From Octopus sinensis (taxonomy: Eukaryota), in NCBI RefSeq assembly GCF_006345805.1, contig NC_043006.1, forward strand, positions 21,204,001-21,268,000: a stretch of 64,000 nt of DNA, read 5' to 3'. Of this stretch, positions 12,618 through 23,995 are shown one piece after another. The position numbers were made by a program, and so were the translations under genes. Position 1 is the first letter of the stretch; each line of letters starts with the position of its first letter. Below the pieces are notes generated by a model. The model was given only the letters and a program-made list of their open reading frames with translations. It did not search any database and had not been told where the DNA came from.

Positions 12618-13094
12618 CATGTAGTTAATATGTATGTACGTATGTGTAGATGTATGTGTATTTAAGCGTGCGTGTGTATATGTGTGTACGTGTGTGTTTA
12701 TGGTTGGTAAGTATCGAATAGGACATTTTTGTGTACACGGGTTGTTGTAATGGAGTAACGGTCTCATTCTTCCATATTTGTAAGGATTTGAAAGGTTTAC
12801 GGTTCGAGTTATTTGCTTACTACGTCATCAATATTGAGGCAATCGAGGAACTAGTAAATACGCACCACGTCATCAATATTTAGTTGACCCTTTAAATTCT
12901 TGGTGATGGAACCGCGTGTCCTAATTAAACTATACGTGTTAATACCTGTGGTTTTATTATCTTTTAAACAGTTTTAAGTAGCTTTAAACATAGCAAGGTT
13001 TATAATAATAGTTAATTACAAGTACTTTTATTAGTTCTTATTTAATAAGATTTAATGTTTATGTTAATTACTGGTAATTTGATATAATAGCTTA

Positions 13095-13314
13095 TACTCT
13101 TTTAATTGTTTCAGTCATTTGACTGCGGCCATGCTGGAGCACCGCCTTTAGTCGAGCAACTCGACCCCGGGACTTATTCTTTTTGTAAGCCCGGTGCTTA
13201 TTCTATCGGTCTCTTTTTGTCGAACCGCTAAGTGACGGGGACGTAAACACACCAGCATCGGTTATCAAGCAATGCTAGGGTAACAAACACAGACACACAA
13301 ACACACACACACAT

Positions 13315-13404
<90 letters not shown>

Positions 13405-13582
13405 TATATATACATATATACGACAGGCTTCTTTCAGTTTCCGTCTACCAAATCCACTCATAAGGCATTGGTCGGCCCGGGGCTATAGTAGAAGACACTT
13501 GCCCAAGATGCCACGCAGTGGGACTGAACCTGGAACCATGTGGTTTGTTAGCAAGCTACTTACCATACAGCCACTCCTGCGC
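13095..13582 (-). mobile_element. SINE family A, full length
   Basis: Both modules present with the internal (CA)n(TA)n linker. Confidence 0.92.
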
Positions 13583-13806
13583 TATGTAACGTTTTATTTT
13601 TAACTTTTGACTGATGAAATAATGTATTTCAGTCATAAACATATTAATTTCAAATGTGTTTGTTTTGTTTTGGAGAGATTTATATACCGTTTCAATTTTC
13701 ATTATAGTAGTGTCTATGGAAGACTGGTGGGATTACTATTTGTATCGTCTTAGAGATTGGTCGCAATTTAGCATATAATTTAGTTAGTGCAGTTTACTAT
13801 AAATAC

Positions 13807-14042
13807 CTATTTCTTTATTACCCACAAGGGGCTGAGCATAGAGGGGACAAACAAGAACAGACATAGGTATTAAGTCGATTACATCGAGCCCAGTGCGTAA
13901 CTGGTACTTCTTTAATCGACCCCGAAAGGATGAAAGGCAAAGTTGACCACGGCGGAATTTGAACTCACAACGTAACGACAGACGAAATACGGCTACGCAT
14001 CTCGCCCGGCGTGCTAACATTTCTGCCAGCTCGCCGCCCTAT
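13807..14042 (-). mobile_element. SINE family C, single-unit form
   Basis: 16-bp TSD agtttactataaatac at 13791-13806 and 14043-14058. Confidence 0.9.
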
Positions 14043-14058
14043 AGTTTACTATAAATAC

Positions 14059-14492
14059 TGGTGATTTGGGCAGCGGATTCGCGGTCGTAGGATCGCGGTT
14101 TCGATTCTCAGACCAGGCATTGTAAGTGTTTATTGAGCGAAAACACCTAAAGCTCCACGAGGCTCCGGCAGGGTGGTGGTGGTGAAACCTGCTGCACTCG
14201 ATCACCACAACTTTCTCTCATTCTTTCTTCCTGTTTCTGTTGTACCTGAATTTATTGGTACACGTGTCTGTGGAGTGCTCTGCCTCTTGCACGTTAATAA
14301 ATGAGCTGCGACGTCACTGGTGCCAAGCTGTATCGGCCTTTGCCTTTCCCTTGGATAACATCAGTGGCGTGGAGGGGGAGGCTGGTATGCGTGGGCGACT
14401 GCTGGTCTTCCATAAACAACATTGCCCACTCGGAGGGTTATTTTCTCGGTGCAATCCCATGGTCATTCATGACCGTAGGGGGTCACACTTTT
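14059..14492 (+). mobile_element. SINE family B head with mixed body
   Basis: B-type head; the 3' body matches the host SINE at 20233-20879 (gctgtatcgg...ggtgcaatcccatggtcattcatgacc). Confidence 0.75.
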
Positions 14493-14542
14493 AATACCGA
14501 TACAATATACGTTGATTTATATGTATATTTGTTGTAGTTTTA

Positions 14543-14686
14543 TTAGGTTGTCCCAAAAGTTCGTAAACACTTGCGAAAATTGACTATAACAATATATAAC
14601 AAACAACTAAACTATAACAAACAATTAAAAATTGCATAAAAATTCAAATTTTCGCAAAGTTTTTACGAACTTTTGGGACAACCTTA
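14543..14686. mobile_element. Mariner-type MITE (144 bp)
   Basis: TA|ttaggttgtcccaaaagttcgtaaa...tttacgaacttttgggacaacctta|TA; TIRs about 40 bp. Confidence 0.85.
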
Positions 14687-15105
14687 TATTAACGTTAGTG
14701 TTTAATCCTGACTATTCATTGATTGATTGAAATAATGTGGTTATTAAGTTTTCCTTTTTTATTATACCGCGGAAGATGGTAGGCATTATATTTTTGTATG
14801 ACTTAATAGATTTGTCACTGTTTAGTATTCAGGGGTGGCTGTAATATACTTATTGAATTTATTTATCGATACGGTTGTACATACGGTTGTAAATGTACTT
14901 GAAAGTTGTGGTTTCTTTGGCTTGTTTTGTTCCCAAACAACGCCGGATTGAATAGTATTGCCTAGGTGTCGAAACCATAATGATACCCGTGACGCAGCTG
15001 ATGACGGAGGTATGTTGGATTGTTGGTACGGGTAGTTTTGTGTATGTGGAATAGTTTCACTGGATTGTTGGTATGGCTACGGAATAGTATTATAACACAT
15101 CCTTT

Positions 15106-15153
<48 letters not shown>

Positions 15154-15175
15154 TATATATATTATTTTATAGAAG

Positions 15176-15228
15176 GAGCTTCTACAGGACTAGAACTGTT
15201 TCATTCAAAAGAAATCATCAGGAAGATC
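15176..15228 (-). ncRNA. Type I hammerhead ribozyme, mirror copy
   Basis: Reverse complement of the left arm gives the identical core; helix I 5' strand gaucuuc has one mismatch; predicted cleavage at 15183/15182. Confidence 0.65.
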
Positions 15229-15233
15229 ATCAC

Positions 15234-15286
15234 GAGCTTCCTGATGATTTCTTTTGAATGAAACAGTTCTAGTCCTGTAGAAGCTC
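15234..15286 (+). ncRNA. Type I hammerhead ribozyme
   Basis: Helix I gagcttc/gaagctc; core CUGAUGA 15241-15247; helix II uuc/gaa with UUUU loop and a U-U base; GAAA 15260-15263; helix III ACAG/CUGU; predicted cleavage after GUA at 15279. Confidence 0.8.
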
Positions 15287-15366
15287 CTTCTATAAAATAA
15301 ATTATTTACTCTGCTATGTATTGAGTACCTATTTACTGTGGTTAACCCCGACTCAACCCGGGACCT

Positions 15367-15409
<43 letters not shown>

Positions 15410-15413
15410 ATAT

Positions 15414-15467
<54 letters not shown>

Positions 15468-15780
15468 TATATATAGCGATATCGGTTTCTATACTCCAAA
15501 TTGGTTTAAAGCCTTTCTTTGATCTGGGCCTGCATCTCTCCCTCAAGTTGCCTCGCTTTGGGTGTAATACATTTATATATTATTTTATTTTTTTTTAGTT
15601 ATCTTTTTTTGAATTTGTTGCTGTATGTTAATGTAAATTGTTTTACCTTTTTTAGGGGGAAATGTGTTTTGATATTTCTTAATGTTTCTTCCGTCATTAG
15701 AAAAGAGGAGAAATAAGAAAAGAAAACAAGAAACAAGTCGCAGTAGATTGGTACAGTGTTTAGAGAAATGAAACAATATA

Positions 15781-15992
15781 CTCTCTTTTACTCTTTTACT
15801 TGTTTCAGTCATTTGACTGCGGCCATGCTGGAGCACCGCCTTTTAGTCGAGAAAACCGACCTCGGGACTTATTCTTTGTAAGCCCAGTACTTATTCTATC
15901 GGTCTCTTTTGCCGAACCGCTAAGTGACGGGGACGTAAACACGCCAGCATCGGTTGTCAAGCAATGGTAGGGGGACAAACACAGACACACAA

Positions 15993-16065
<73 letters not shown>

Positions 16066-16231
16066 TACGACAGGCTTCTTTCAGTTTCCGTCTGCCAAAT
16101 ACACTCACAAGGCATTGGTCGGCCCGGGGCTATAGCAGAAGACACTTGCCCAAGATGCCACGCAGTGGGACTGAACCCGGAACCATGTGGTTGGTTAGCA
16201 AGCTACTTACCACACAGCCACTCCTGCGCCT
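15781..16231 (-). mobile_element. SINE family A, full length
   Basis: High identity to the other A copies. Confidence 0.92.
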
Positions 16232-17168
16232 ATCCAAACTAATTCGATCAGAAATCTAATGGAGAGTTTAAAGTAGGAATCCCACTGCAGAATCCAGAAG
16301 TCCGCGTGAGCTTTGAAAACATGGGATAAACACAACAAACATTAAAGCACATAATTGTATATAATGCAGGATAATTGTATGAAATGAAGCATAAATACAG
16401 AAACTTAAATGCTGCAGTAAAATTAATTGTAGAGCTATATTTCTGAATATTATTTTAAAAATGCAATATAAAATGTAAAGTATGTAATCAGTAATAAATC
16501 CCGTTAATACCTTTTATAATAATTAGCCCGTTAAACACATAATTTCGAACTGAAACAATTATGTTATGCCCCTTCAGGTAAGTGCATTAGATATTTTTAG
16601 TTAATGTATAAAACTATAGCGCAACAAACTCTGCAGAATGCTTTATAATGGGGATATATTAAGCTATATCAATATTCAAGAGAGAATGCAGGTATTTTAA
16701 GTAACATTAATTAAATAGACTTGCCAATATATTTAAGTACGTGCCAATTGAACATATGTATGCATAGTCAAGTAAGGTCATCTAAAACGATAATCGTATT
16801 GTGATAGCACACGCACACACACACGCGCACACAGATACACACACAAATATATATTTATGTGTGTAGATGTGTGGGTGTGTAAATGTATATATATTCTCAC
16901 AAAAATACGGACGAACACATATGCATATATAGTAAGCACATAACAATATATATATTGGCGGACTCATATGCAGATGTATATATATATATATATATATACG
17001 TACTTACACACATATACATATACAACTATACATGCATATGTAAGTATTATAAGTATTTAGTTACTTGTATATATATATATGTATCTATGTATGTATGTAT
17101 ACACATATACACATACACAACAGAAGTACCTAAATATTTATATACAAATGTACACACACACACACACC

Positions 17169-17644
<476 letters not shown>

Positions 17645-17646
<2 letters not shown>

Positions 17647-17945
17647 GAGGCGCAATGGCCCAGTGGTTAGGACAGCGGACTGGCGGTTGTAGAATTGCGG
17701 CTTCGATTCCCAGATCGGGCGTTGTGAGTGTTTATTGAGCGAAAACACCTAAAGCTTCACGAGGCTCCGGCAGGGGGTGGTGACGATCCTTGCTGTACTC
17801 TTTCGCCAAAACTTTCTCTCTTTCTTCTGTTGGTCTGCTCGCTTAGCCAGCGGGGTGGCGTCATATGAAGGCTAAAACAATGCAAAGCGCATTTGTGACC
17901 AGCGATGTGTAGCAACATCTGATAGCCTGGTCGGTCACGGTGATA
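17645..17945 (+). mobile_element. SINE family B, body type ii
   Basis: B head plus tail ...gtgaccagcgatgtgtagcaacatctgatagcctggtcggtcacggtgat, shared with 25194-25491. Confidence 0.88.
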
Positions 17946-18589
17946 TATATATATATATATATACATATATATAAACCTGGAAATAAATATTTACCCATAC
18001 GATCTCGAATGAAGCATCAAATCGCATGGATATATAAAAGTATGTACAGTAACCCCCTGATTATTACGGGTGTTACGTTCTAAAACCCCACGCGATATTT
18101 TTTCTTCCATAAATGATATGATATGAACACAATAGTTCTGTCAGATTATTCATGGCGCCTGAGAAAGGACTACAATAACTTAAAACATTTCTTCCAGCAA
18201 CTAGTATATTAATGGAAAACAGCTTGCACCATCCGTAGCAGGAGGCAAAACCAAATATTGGAAAATTTGGATTTCTTTACAAGAAATCCGAAATAACATT
18301 TTCTGAGGTCAGGATCCGTCTACGAGTGATTTCGTTGAAAGCATGCGAAATAACCTGGAAAAGAAAAGAAAATCCCGCAAGACAAAATCTGTTGGTGGAA
18401 ACTCGGAGTTACACGAGAAACTCTGAGCCCCCCCCCCCCTCACCCTTTTCTTTTCTGGAAGAAAATGACTTGCGGCAGGTTTGGTGGTGTGATATATCCT
18501 GAATGCGCTCGAAAATCCTGTGGAAAAAATTATTTCACACCGAAGTACGAACGGGTCCTTTCCGAAATATTTAGCCAAGATCAGGACAG

Positions 18590-19018
18590 GCATGCGAATT
18601 GAGATATGAATGAGACTGATAAAGCAAGGGTTGAGCGACTGGCAGAACAGAGAGTAAGAGGCACAAGCAGTAGAGATCAGGAATTTCAGACGGCTGAGCA
18701 TCTGATGAAACAGAGGGAAAGAGACAAAAGCAGGAGACATCGTGAACAGGATGCTCATGTAAATACAAACAGAATAAAACAAGTTTCACGTATATCTGAC
18801 CACGGGTTACCGAGACACGCGGCTTTTCCAGGTACCTTTATAAGTAGCCAAACCAGCGTATAATGGGGAAAATGCTTCGAAAGTAAAGTACGATTGAAAT
18901 GTGAATACAAATGGAATAACACAAGTTTCGCGTAACTCGGACCACTGATTCCCGAGATACGTGGTTTTTGTGGGGTACTTTGAAATATTGGTGACCCAAC
19001 AGGTCATGGCTAGTCTAG
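18590..19018 (+). mobile_element. Possible Helitron-derived fragment
   Basis: Charged low-complexity ORF (ETDKARVERLAEQRVR...QRERDKSRR), a ~50-bp internal duplication, and a tgacc/ggtca hairpin followed by CTAG at 19010-19018. Confidence 0.35.
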
Positions 19019-19139
19019 TATTTAATAAAACTACAATATGCTATTTTAAGCAGCAATCTTCTAAAAGGGTCCACCCGAGTAAAATAAGAATCAAAGGAGT
19101 CCATGGGTAAAAAAATAGTTGAGAAATACTGAGGTAAGC

Positions 19140-19383
19140 GAAGGGTTCTCAACCGGTCCATATGAACCATGGGGGTCCATATAAGATGTTGGTATTAAAA
19201 TTTATGTCCAATAAATCAGTTATACTTCTACAATACACAAAATATTTCAACAATTTTCTATACAATTCCTAATATTTAATTATAAATAATGAAATAGAAT
19301 TGTTTAAGACATCGAATGGCTTTGAGGGCCCATCCGATTAAAGTCAAAGGGGTACAAAGGCAAAAAATGGTTGAGTACCACTG
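19140..19383. mobile_element. hAT (Charlie/Buster-like) MITE
   Basis: Ends ggttctcaacc / ggttgagtaccactg; flanks aggtaagc and gggtaaac (6/8 match, central TA). Confidence 0.7.
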
Positions 19384-19438
19384 GGGTAAACGATCGCTTT
19401 GGAATTTACATTTGCATTTCAGTATCGTTGTTGTAAAT

Positions 19439-19711
19439 CATTGGTTCCCAAAGTGGATGATACTGTCACCCTTAGGGGGCAGCGGAAAGATCCAGGGGTG
19501 TTGGAGAAATGGGTTGCGATAATGGGGTGCTCAAAATGGGCGCATTGATGTAAAAATAACAAAATAAAGGGTTAATTAGGTTTTATTTGTGAAATGCCGT
19601 TGTTTTGATTTATTGTAGAAAGTTGTCTATGTTTGTGGTGGTGACTGGAAGCTGGGTAGGAACATGGCCAAAGTGCAAGGGGGCGGCCCGAAAAAAGTGT
19701 GGGAACCGCTA
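19439..19711. mobile_element. hAT (Charlie/Buster-like) MITE
   Basis: cattggttcccaaagt...aagtgtgggaaccgcta; 8-bp TSD ttgtaaat/ttgtaagt. Confidence 0.75.
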
Positions 19712-20076
19712 TTGTAAGTTGAGAGAGTTTATATGTTTCATACATGATTTCCACTTATTCTCCATTGCTTTGCATGAGTATTATTAATATTAAAAAGATA
19801 AATGTAGTTTACTTCAAGGTTTTAATGATTAAAACGCTCATGTACATTGTTGCCAAGGAGTAAATGTTTAGAGATTAAATTTAGCCAGGTCTCAAACATA
19901 TTAGAGATTGTATGTGGCATTAAATTAAAAATTTCGGCTGCGGTTCAGCACTTCTTTTTTTGTTTTGCATAACCCCTGATGAGTGTGGAATTCATTTATT
20001 TATTTTAAACTGTTTTTCTCCAAAACCATATTGCAGGGCCTTGCTACACCGATAGAATAGTACTAAAAAGTACTAC

Positions 20077-20205
20077 AAAAAAGACCGATAGAATAAGTAC
20101 TAGGCTTACAAAGAATAAGTCCTGGGGTCGATTTGCTCGACTAAAGGCGGTGCTCCAGCATAGCCACAGTCAAATGACTGAAACAAATAAAAGAGTAAAA
20201 GAGTA
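20077..20205 (+). mobile_element. SINE family A, 3' module
   Basis: gaccgatagaataagtac...gactgaaacaaataaaagagtaaaagag. Confidence 0.85.
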
Positions 20206-20232
20206 TTCGTTTATTTTATATCTTTAAGTGTA

Positions 20233-20879
20233 AAGGCGCTTGAGTCGGTAGTTAGAACGTCGGGCACACAATCATGAAGTAGTAAGTTCGATTTCCAGAC
20301 CAGCTGTGTTGTGTTCTTGAGCAAGGCACTTTATTTCACATTGCTGCAGTTCACTCAGCTGCTGAAAGAGTTGCGATGTCACAGTCACCAAGCTGTATCG
20401 GTAATTTCCTTTTCGTTGATAGGGGAAACTCGAAAGAGCTGTTGTTCACTCCAGCTCCAGAGCGTCGGCTGCGGGGTCATTCCGAAAAGCTCTACCTGCG
20501 ACGATTTCATCTCAATCGAAGGAGAGGAGCTTTCTCCGTCCGGGTTGCGGATCCGTGGAACAAGCTGCCAGACGAGATGGTGAAGATGCCGACGACCGCT
20601 TTGTTCAAAGTCTCCCTTGACCTTAAGTGGCCTGAACTCTTTACATGAACACCACCCTGTACTTAACTCCATGTCCCCCTACATGGCCTTGCTATTTGCT
20701 TTTGAGCCAAAAATTAACTAACTAACTAACTAACTAACTAACATGGGTGGCTGCAGGTTTTCCATTAACAACCTTGCCCAGACTTGTGCCTCGGCAGGGA
20801 ACTTTCTAGGTGCAATCTCATGACCATTCATGACCAGAGGGGGTCTTTACTCTTTATACCTTACCCTTTATACTCTTTA
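20233..20879 (+). mobile_element. tRNA-headed SINE (head D) interrupted by a CR1 fragment
   Basis: Segments 20233-20401 and 20743-20879 are collinear with the SINE body at 14300-14492. Confidence 0.7.
20402..20742 (+). mobile_element. CR1-clade LINE 3' fragment with (TAAC)7 tail
   Basis: RGHSEKL...AFSVRVADPWNKLP...FKVSLD* is a typical CR1 ORF2 C-terminus; stop at 20646-20648; tail at 20715-20742. Confidence 0.88.
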
Positions 20880-21149
20880 TAAGTTCTTAAAGGGGTTAGG
20901 TATACTGGGTGTTGATCTTAAACTTTTGTAGGTTTTGCAGTAGACGTCATAGCTATCCTTTATTTTTGTGAAATCTCGGAAGTCAGCAATGCCGTTATTT
21001 GTGGTTTTAATTATACTAAGTCACGACTTTTGAAAGACACTCATTAAAGCTTTCGTGATATTGTAATAAACAGATTTGAATATACATAAATTCACGCTAC
21101 ATACGTATGTACATACATACATAAACACATACATATGTATAATGCGGGT

Positions 21150-21151
21150 AT

Positions 21152-21187
<36 letters not shown>

Positions 21188-21202
21188 GTAATAATAATAA
21201 TA

Positions 21203-21293
<91 letters not shown>

Positions 21294-21366
21294 TAATAAT
21301 AATGATGATGATGAGGATGATGGTGATGATGATGATGATAATAATAATAATAATATAATAATAATA

Positions 21367-21404
<38 letters not shown>

Positions 21405-21405
21405 A
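21150..21405. repeat. (AAT)n/(GAT)n/(TA)n/(GT)n compound microsatellite
   Basis: Read directly. Confidence 0.95.
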
Positions 21406-21726
21406 TGTATATTTATATATGCTAATGATCTATCCAAATAATTTAACACCCCTCTAACAGTATAAATTAAATTCTACCGCTTGATGAAGCACAAGAATTA
21501 AGCTTCTTTCAATAATTACAATAACCCATGCGTGAAGGAAAATAATTTCCAACGCAGCCATACTTACAATATCGTCACAATAACTTGCTCTTAGAATTTT
21601 TACGTCTTACAATTAGTTTTCAAACACGCATCACCTTACTGACATTCATCAAGGTCTACCTAGACATATACAGACTGCAAACAAATTATTCTACTCTTCA
21701 GTAGCGAAAAACCCAGCCCAGGAACA

Positions 21727-21791
<65 letters not shown>

Positions 21792-21869
21792 GGTCCCGGG
21801 TGAGTCGGGGTTAACCACAGTAAATAAGGTACTCATACAGCAGAGTAAAGTAATTTATTTTATAGAAGG

Positions 21870-21920
21870 AGCTTCTACAGGACTAGAACTGTTTCATTCA
21901 GATGAAATCTTCAGGAAGCT
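21870..21920 (-). ncRNA. Type I hammerhead ribozyme, mirror copy
   Basis: The perfect palindrome gives an identical ribozyme on the minus strand; predicted cleavage at 21876/21875. Confidence 0.8.
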
Positions 21921-21967
21921 TCCTGAAGATTTCATCTGAATGAAACAGTTCTAGTCCTGTAGAAGCT
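21917..21967 (+). ncRNA. Type I hammerhead ribozyme
   Basis: agcttc-CUGAAGA-uuuc aucu gaau-GAAA-cag uucuaguc cug-UA/gaagcu; predicted cleavage at 21961/21962. Confidence 0.8.
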
Positions 21968-21985
21968 CCTTCTATAAAATAAAAA

Positions 21986-22029
<44 letters not shown>

Positions 22030-22079
22030 ATATATATTGGAGCAAAAACGCAATAGAGGACAATAAAACATTCGAACAG

Positions 22080-22700
22080 ACAGACGATACAAAGGTTTCA
22101 TTGGTGAAAAGCCTTTCATCTAGTCCGTCAAAAAACTTATCAATGACGTCATCACAGAGACACTGGTTCCCAGTCAAGTGTTTCTTCATGTTCAGGAACA
22201 GATGATACTCAGACGGGGTCAAATCAGGAGAATAGGGATGATGAACAAGCTGCTCAAAGTCACAGTCACGCACAGCGGCCATTGAAACCAAGAACTTGTG
22301 TACTGGAACATTGTCTTGATGAAACGTAACCCCTTTCGCCAGTTTTCCAACACGTCTGCTTATGAAACACTTTCGTAATATCTCAGCAAGTCCGTATGGT
22401 ACTCTCCATTGATGGTGTGCCCCTTTGAAAGATAGACAACAAACATAATCCCTTTTGCATCCCCCCAAAAAACTGAGGGTACCACCTTGCCTGCAGATGA
22501 AACTCACTTTGACGTCTTTGGAGCGAATGAAGAGGGGTCAAAACTTTGCGTAGAACTCTGAGTAGATATCACCAACCTTTTGGCAAAATTTGATGCAGAT
22601 TCTCTGCCCAACTTTCCCTGTCGTGATCAATGCGACGATCAAGGGTTACACACCTGCCAAGTACTGTTGTAAACAGCAGAAGTGAGCTATAACGTTCAAC
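22080..22700 (-). mobile_element. Mariner (DD34D) transposase relic with internal deletion
   Basis: SAGKV..SVFW-like, FHQDNVPVH and HPYSPDLTPSEYHLF motifs; an N-terminal QRICIKFC remnant near 22570-22620. Confidence 0.88.
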
Positions 22701-22786
22701 TTAGTGTGCTTGCAAAGCGGCTTCACTCTGGGTACTTTAGCTTCGTTACTATGGCAAGAGTCCAGATGCTTATTCCTCAGACCACG

Positions 22787-22836
<50 letters not shown>

Positions 22837-22837
<1 letters not shown>

Positions 22838-23302
22838 ATTTATTTATATTAAGGGCGTTACTATACATAAATGCCTCACACTATGAGGGTGTCTTAAAGT
22901 CAAAGCTACCATGATAAATACAGTGTACCGAACGCGGTACATTATTCTGAATATACATGTGTACCGAGATGCAATTCGAAAAGCCCGCCTTTTACATAGA
23001 TATGTAGGAGTGAACAACTCTTTGAACTATGCTGGATACATTTGGTGTCCGTCTGGTATGTTAATTTTTTTTGTTCATTTTTATGTGTCTTGATTATGTC
23101 TGCATTGACGATTAAAAAGTGCATTTTGTGCACTAATTATGAAATCATATGATCTGCGGCTGAATCTGTTTTAAGGAGCTCGCTTCGAGAGTTGTATTCC
23201 CTCGCGTTCGGTACACTTTAATTATTAAGGTAAATTTTACTTTAAGAGTCTCTCATAGCACGAGGCATTTATGTATAGTAATGCCCTTAATATAAATAAA
23301 TA
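22837..23302. mobile_element. Long-TIR non-autonomous DNA element
   Basis: About 100-bp imperfect TIRs beginning tatttatttatattaagggc...; a second, partial copy lies at 62840-63075. Confidence 0.8.
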
Positions 23303-23624
23303 TATTTAAAGGGAATAATTAAAATTTTTCCCTTATGAGGTTTTTCACCTTGATAAATTCTTATAAAGGTTTTATCCTATTTAAAAATTTTATATATGTA
23401 TATAGATAAAGAGAGAGTTTGAGAGAAGAAAGGGGAGTGAGAGAGAGACAAATAGAGAAGAAAGACAGTGAGATTGGTCAATTCAAAATTGTCAAAGAGA
23501 TGCATTTTACAGTAAAACGAAAAGATATACAAACACGCTTGATTAAATAATACATACACTTAAGTAAATAATATACACGCAAAAATGTACTGAAAAGTTC
23601 TTTTATTTAAATAACTGGTAGTTA

Positions 23625-23661
23625 CCGTTATCATCATCATCATCACCACCACCACGACCAC

Positions 23662-23713
<52 letters not shown>

Positions 23714-23995
23714 GTCATCATCATCATCCTCATTCCTATTAACAATCATCATCGTTATCATCGTTAACATCAGTGTTATCAACATCAGTGTCATCATCAG
23801 TATCAGTGTCATCGTCAATATCCAATATCAGTGTCATCATCAGCATCAGTGTCATCGCCATCAACGTCATCGTCGTGAAAGCCGTAGTTTTCCCTCATCG
23901 CACTCATCATCATCTCAATCATTCCCAGCACCATCACTGTCATTGTTATCGTCGTCATCATCATCGTCGTCATCGTCATCATCATCATCATAATA
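23625..23995. repeat. (CAT)n-rich compound repeat
   Basis: Read directly. Confidence 0.95.

Larger units (their letters stand above)
15162..15368. mobile_element. Fold-back hammerhead-bearing element, copy 1 (Penelope-like/retrozyme terminus)
   Basis: Perfect 64-bp arms 15162-15225 and 15237-15300 with an 11-nt spacer; AATAAA and a 68-bp tail ending cccgggacctac; flanked by (TA)n on both sides; same family as 21789-21983. Confidence 0.8.
21789..21983. mobile_element. Fold-back hammerhead-bearing element, copy 2
   Basis: 130-bp perfect palindrome 21854-21983 centred on AAGCTT (21918/21919); tail 21789-21853 is the reverse complement homologue of 15301-15368; (TA)n flanks. Confidence 0.82.

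Noticed and set aside
18042-18100. pogo/Tigger-like left TIR (cagtaacccc...)
   Set aside because: No matching right TIR found, so no element could be delimited.
19970-20040. Additional hammerhead at ctgatgag (19976)
   Set aside because: A possible helix II is present, but there is no GAAA or helix I partner; at most a decayed remnant.
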